Below, piece by piece: positions 25,239-25,635 of a stretch of 25,635 bases of DNA. The stretch is from positions 1 to 25,635 of the IMG/VR virus record IMGVR_UViG_3300022178_002055. One strand, written 5' to 3'. The translations under genes were made by a program, and so were the position numbers. Source of the DNA: a virus. Its lineage: Duplodnaviria > Caudoviricetes. The number at the start of each line of letters is the position of its first letter. Within the stretch, counting starts at the first letter, position 1. The notes below the pieces were generated by a model. It worked only from the letters and a program-made list of their open reading frames with translations, searched no databases and was not told the DNA's origin.

Positions 25239-25336
25239 TAGCCCCTGTGAGGCACCTTAACCTACCTTAAGCCACAGACCCCTAGGAAAACCCTAGAAGG
25301 CCACTCAGTGGGGCTCCTAGGGCCTCTCAGGGGCTA
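25239..25336. repeat. GC-rich inverted repeat enclosing smaller hairpins
   Basis: TAGCCCCTGTGAGGC (25239-25253) versus GCCTCTCAGGGGCTA (25322-25336), 14/15 complementary. Inner CTAGG/CCTAG and CCAC/GTGG stems. Confidence 0.65.
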
Positions 25337-25344
25337 TCTGGTAC

Positions 25345-25569
25345 CTAAGCTGGGGTGATCTTGTAGGAACCTAGGTCAACTACTCCATCAATGGTGCTGT
25401 AAGAGACTACCACCTCTTTAAGTCCCGGAGAGTGACACCAGCCGAAGTAAAGATCACCACCAGTAGGGTCTGCCAACATTGTGTACGAGTGGCCCACAAC
25501 CTTAGGCTTTACCTTACGTACCTGATCAGCAAGGTAAGAGCTTGGGATGTCGCCCATAAACGCCACCAC
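25345..25569 (-). CDS. Hypothetical protein (74 aa; start uncertain)
   Basis: ORF on the coding strand of this arm; no clear RBS. Confidence 0.45.
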   Translation of the reverse strand: MVAFMGDIPSSYLADQVRKVKPKVVGHSYTMLADPTGGDLYFGWCHSPGLKEVVVSYSTIDGVVDLGSYKITPA

Positions 25570-25635
25570 ATAATACTTACGTTTAGGGTCTACATGATGT
25601 ATATGAATTACAGTATACTCTGAGTCACCCCACTC

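Noticed and set aside
1281-25623. Antisense and nested ORFs in the track (e.g. 1281-1574, 3600-3881, 5711-5995, 11560-11880, 19107-19412, 23654-23938, 24256-24618)
   Set aside because: They lie opposite or inside well-supported genes, lack recognisable motifs, and break the strict strand organisation.
1-25635. Stop-codon reassignment or suppressor tRNA
   Set aside because: Long genes are intact in the standard code, TAG/TGA/TAA all end genes, and none of the four anticodons reads a stop.

Overview
Window from a lytic dsDNA podovirus-type phage with T7-superfamily replication proteins; no RNA polymerase gene lies in the window. The layout resembles SIO1/cobavirus-like phages (inference), with two convergent arms meeting at a terminator near 8.4 kb. 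The + arm (1-8384) is structural: the end of a Gly-rich gp38-like adhesin, then putative internal virion/ejection proteins including a lambda-R-like lytic transglycosylase. The - arm (8484-25569) carries small early genes, primase-helicase, family A DNA polymerase, SSB, ThyX, 5'-3' exonuclease, endonuclease I, a metallophosphoesterase, a MazG-like pyrophosphatase, class II ribonucleotide reductase and four tRNAs (Arg-UCU, Leu-UAA, Trp-CCA, Thr-UGU). Most notable: (1) the polymerase is split between motifs A and B by an HNH-type endonuclease ORF overlapping both halves, with no visible intron or intein; (2) a 101-nt stem-loop RNA after the tRNA array has an anti-Shine-Dalgarno loop; (3) a LAGLIDADG intein sits directly after the RNR thiyl-radical Cys and uses Ser+1; (4) a TTAAGTA repeat array next to a GC-rich multi-hairpin is a candidate origin; (5) three promoters share TTGACW-N18-TACTATT. 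All calls are from reading motifs by eye; no searches were run.
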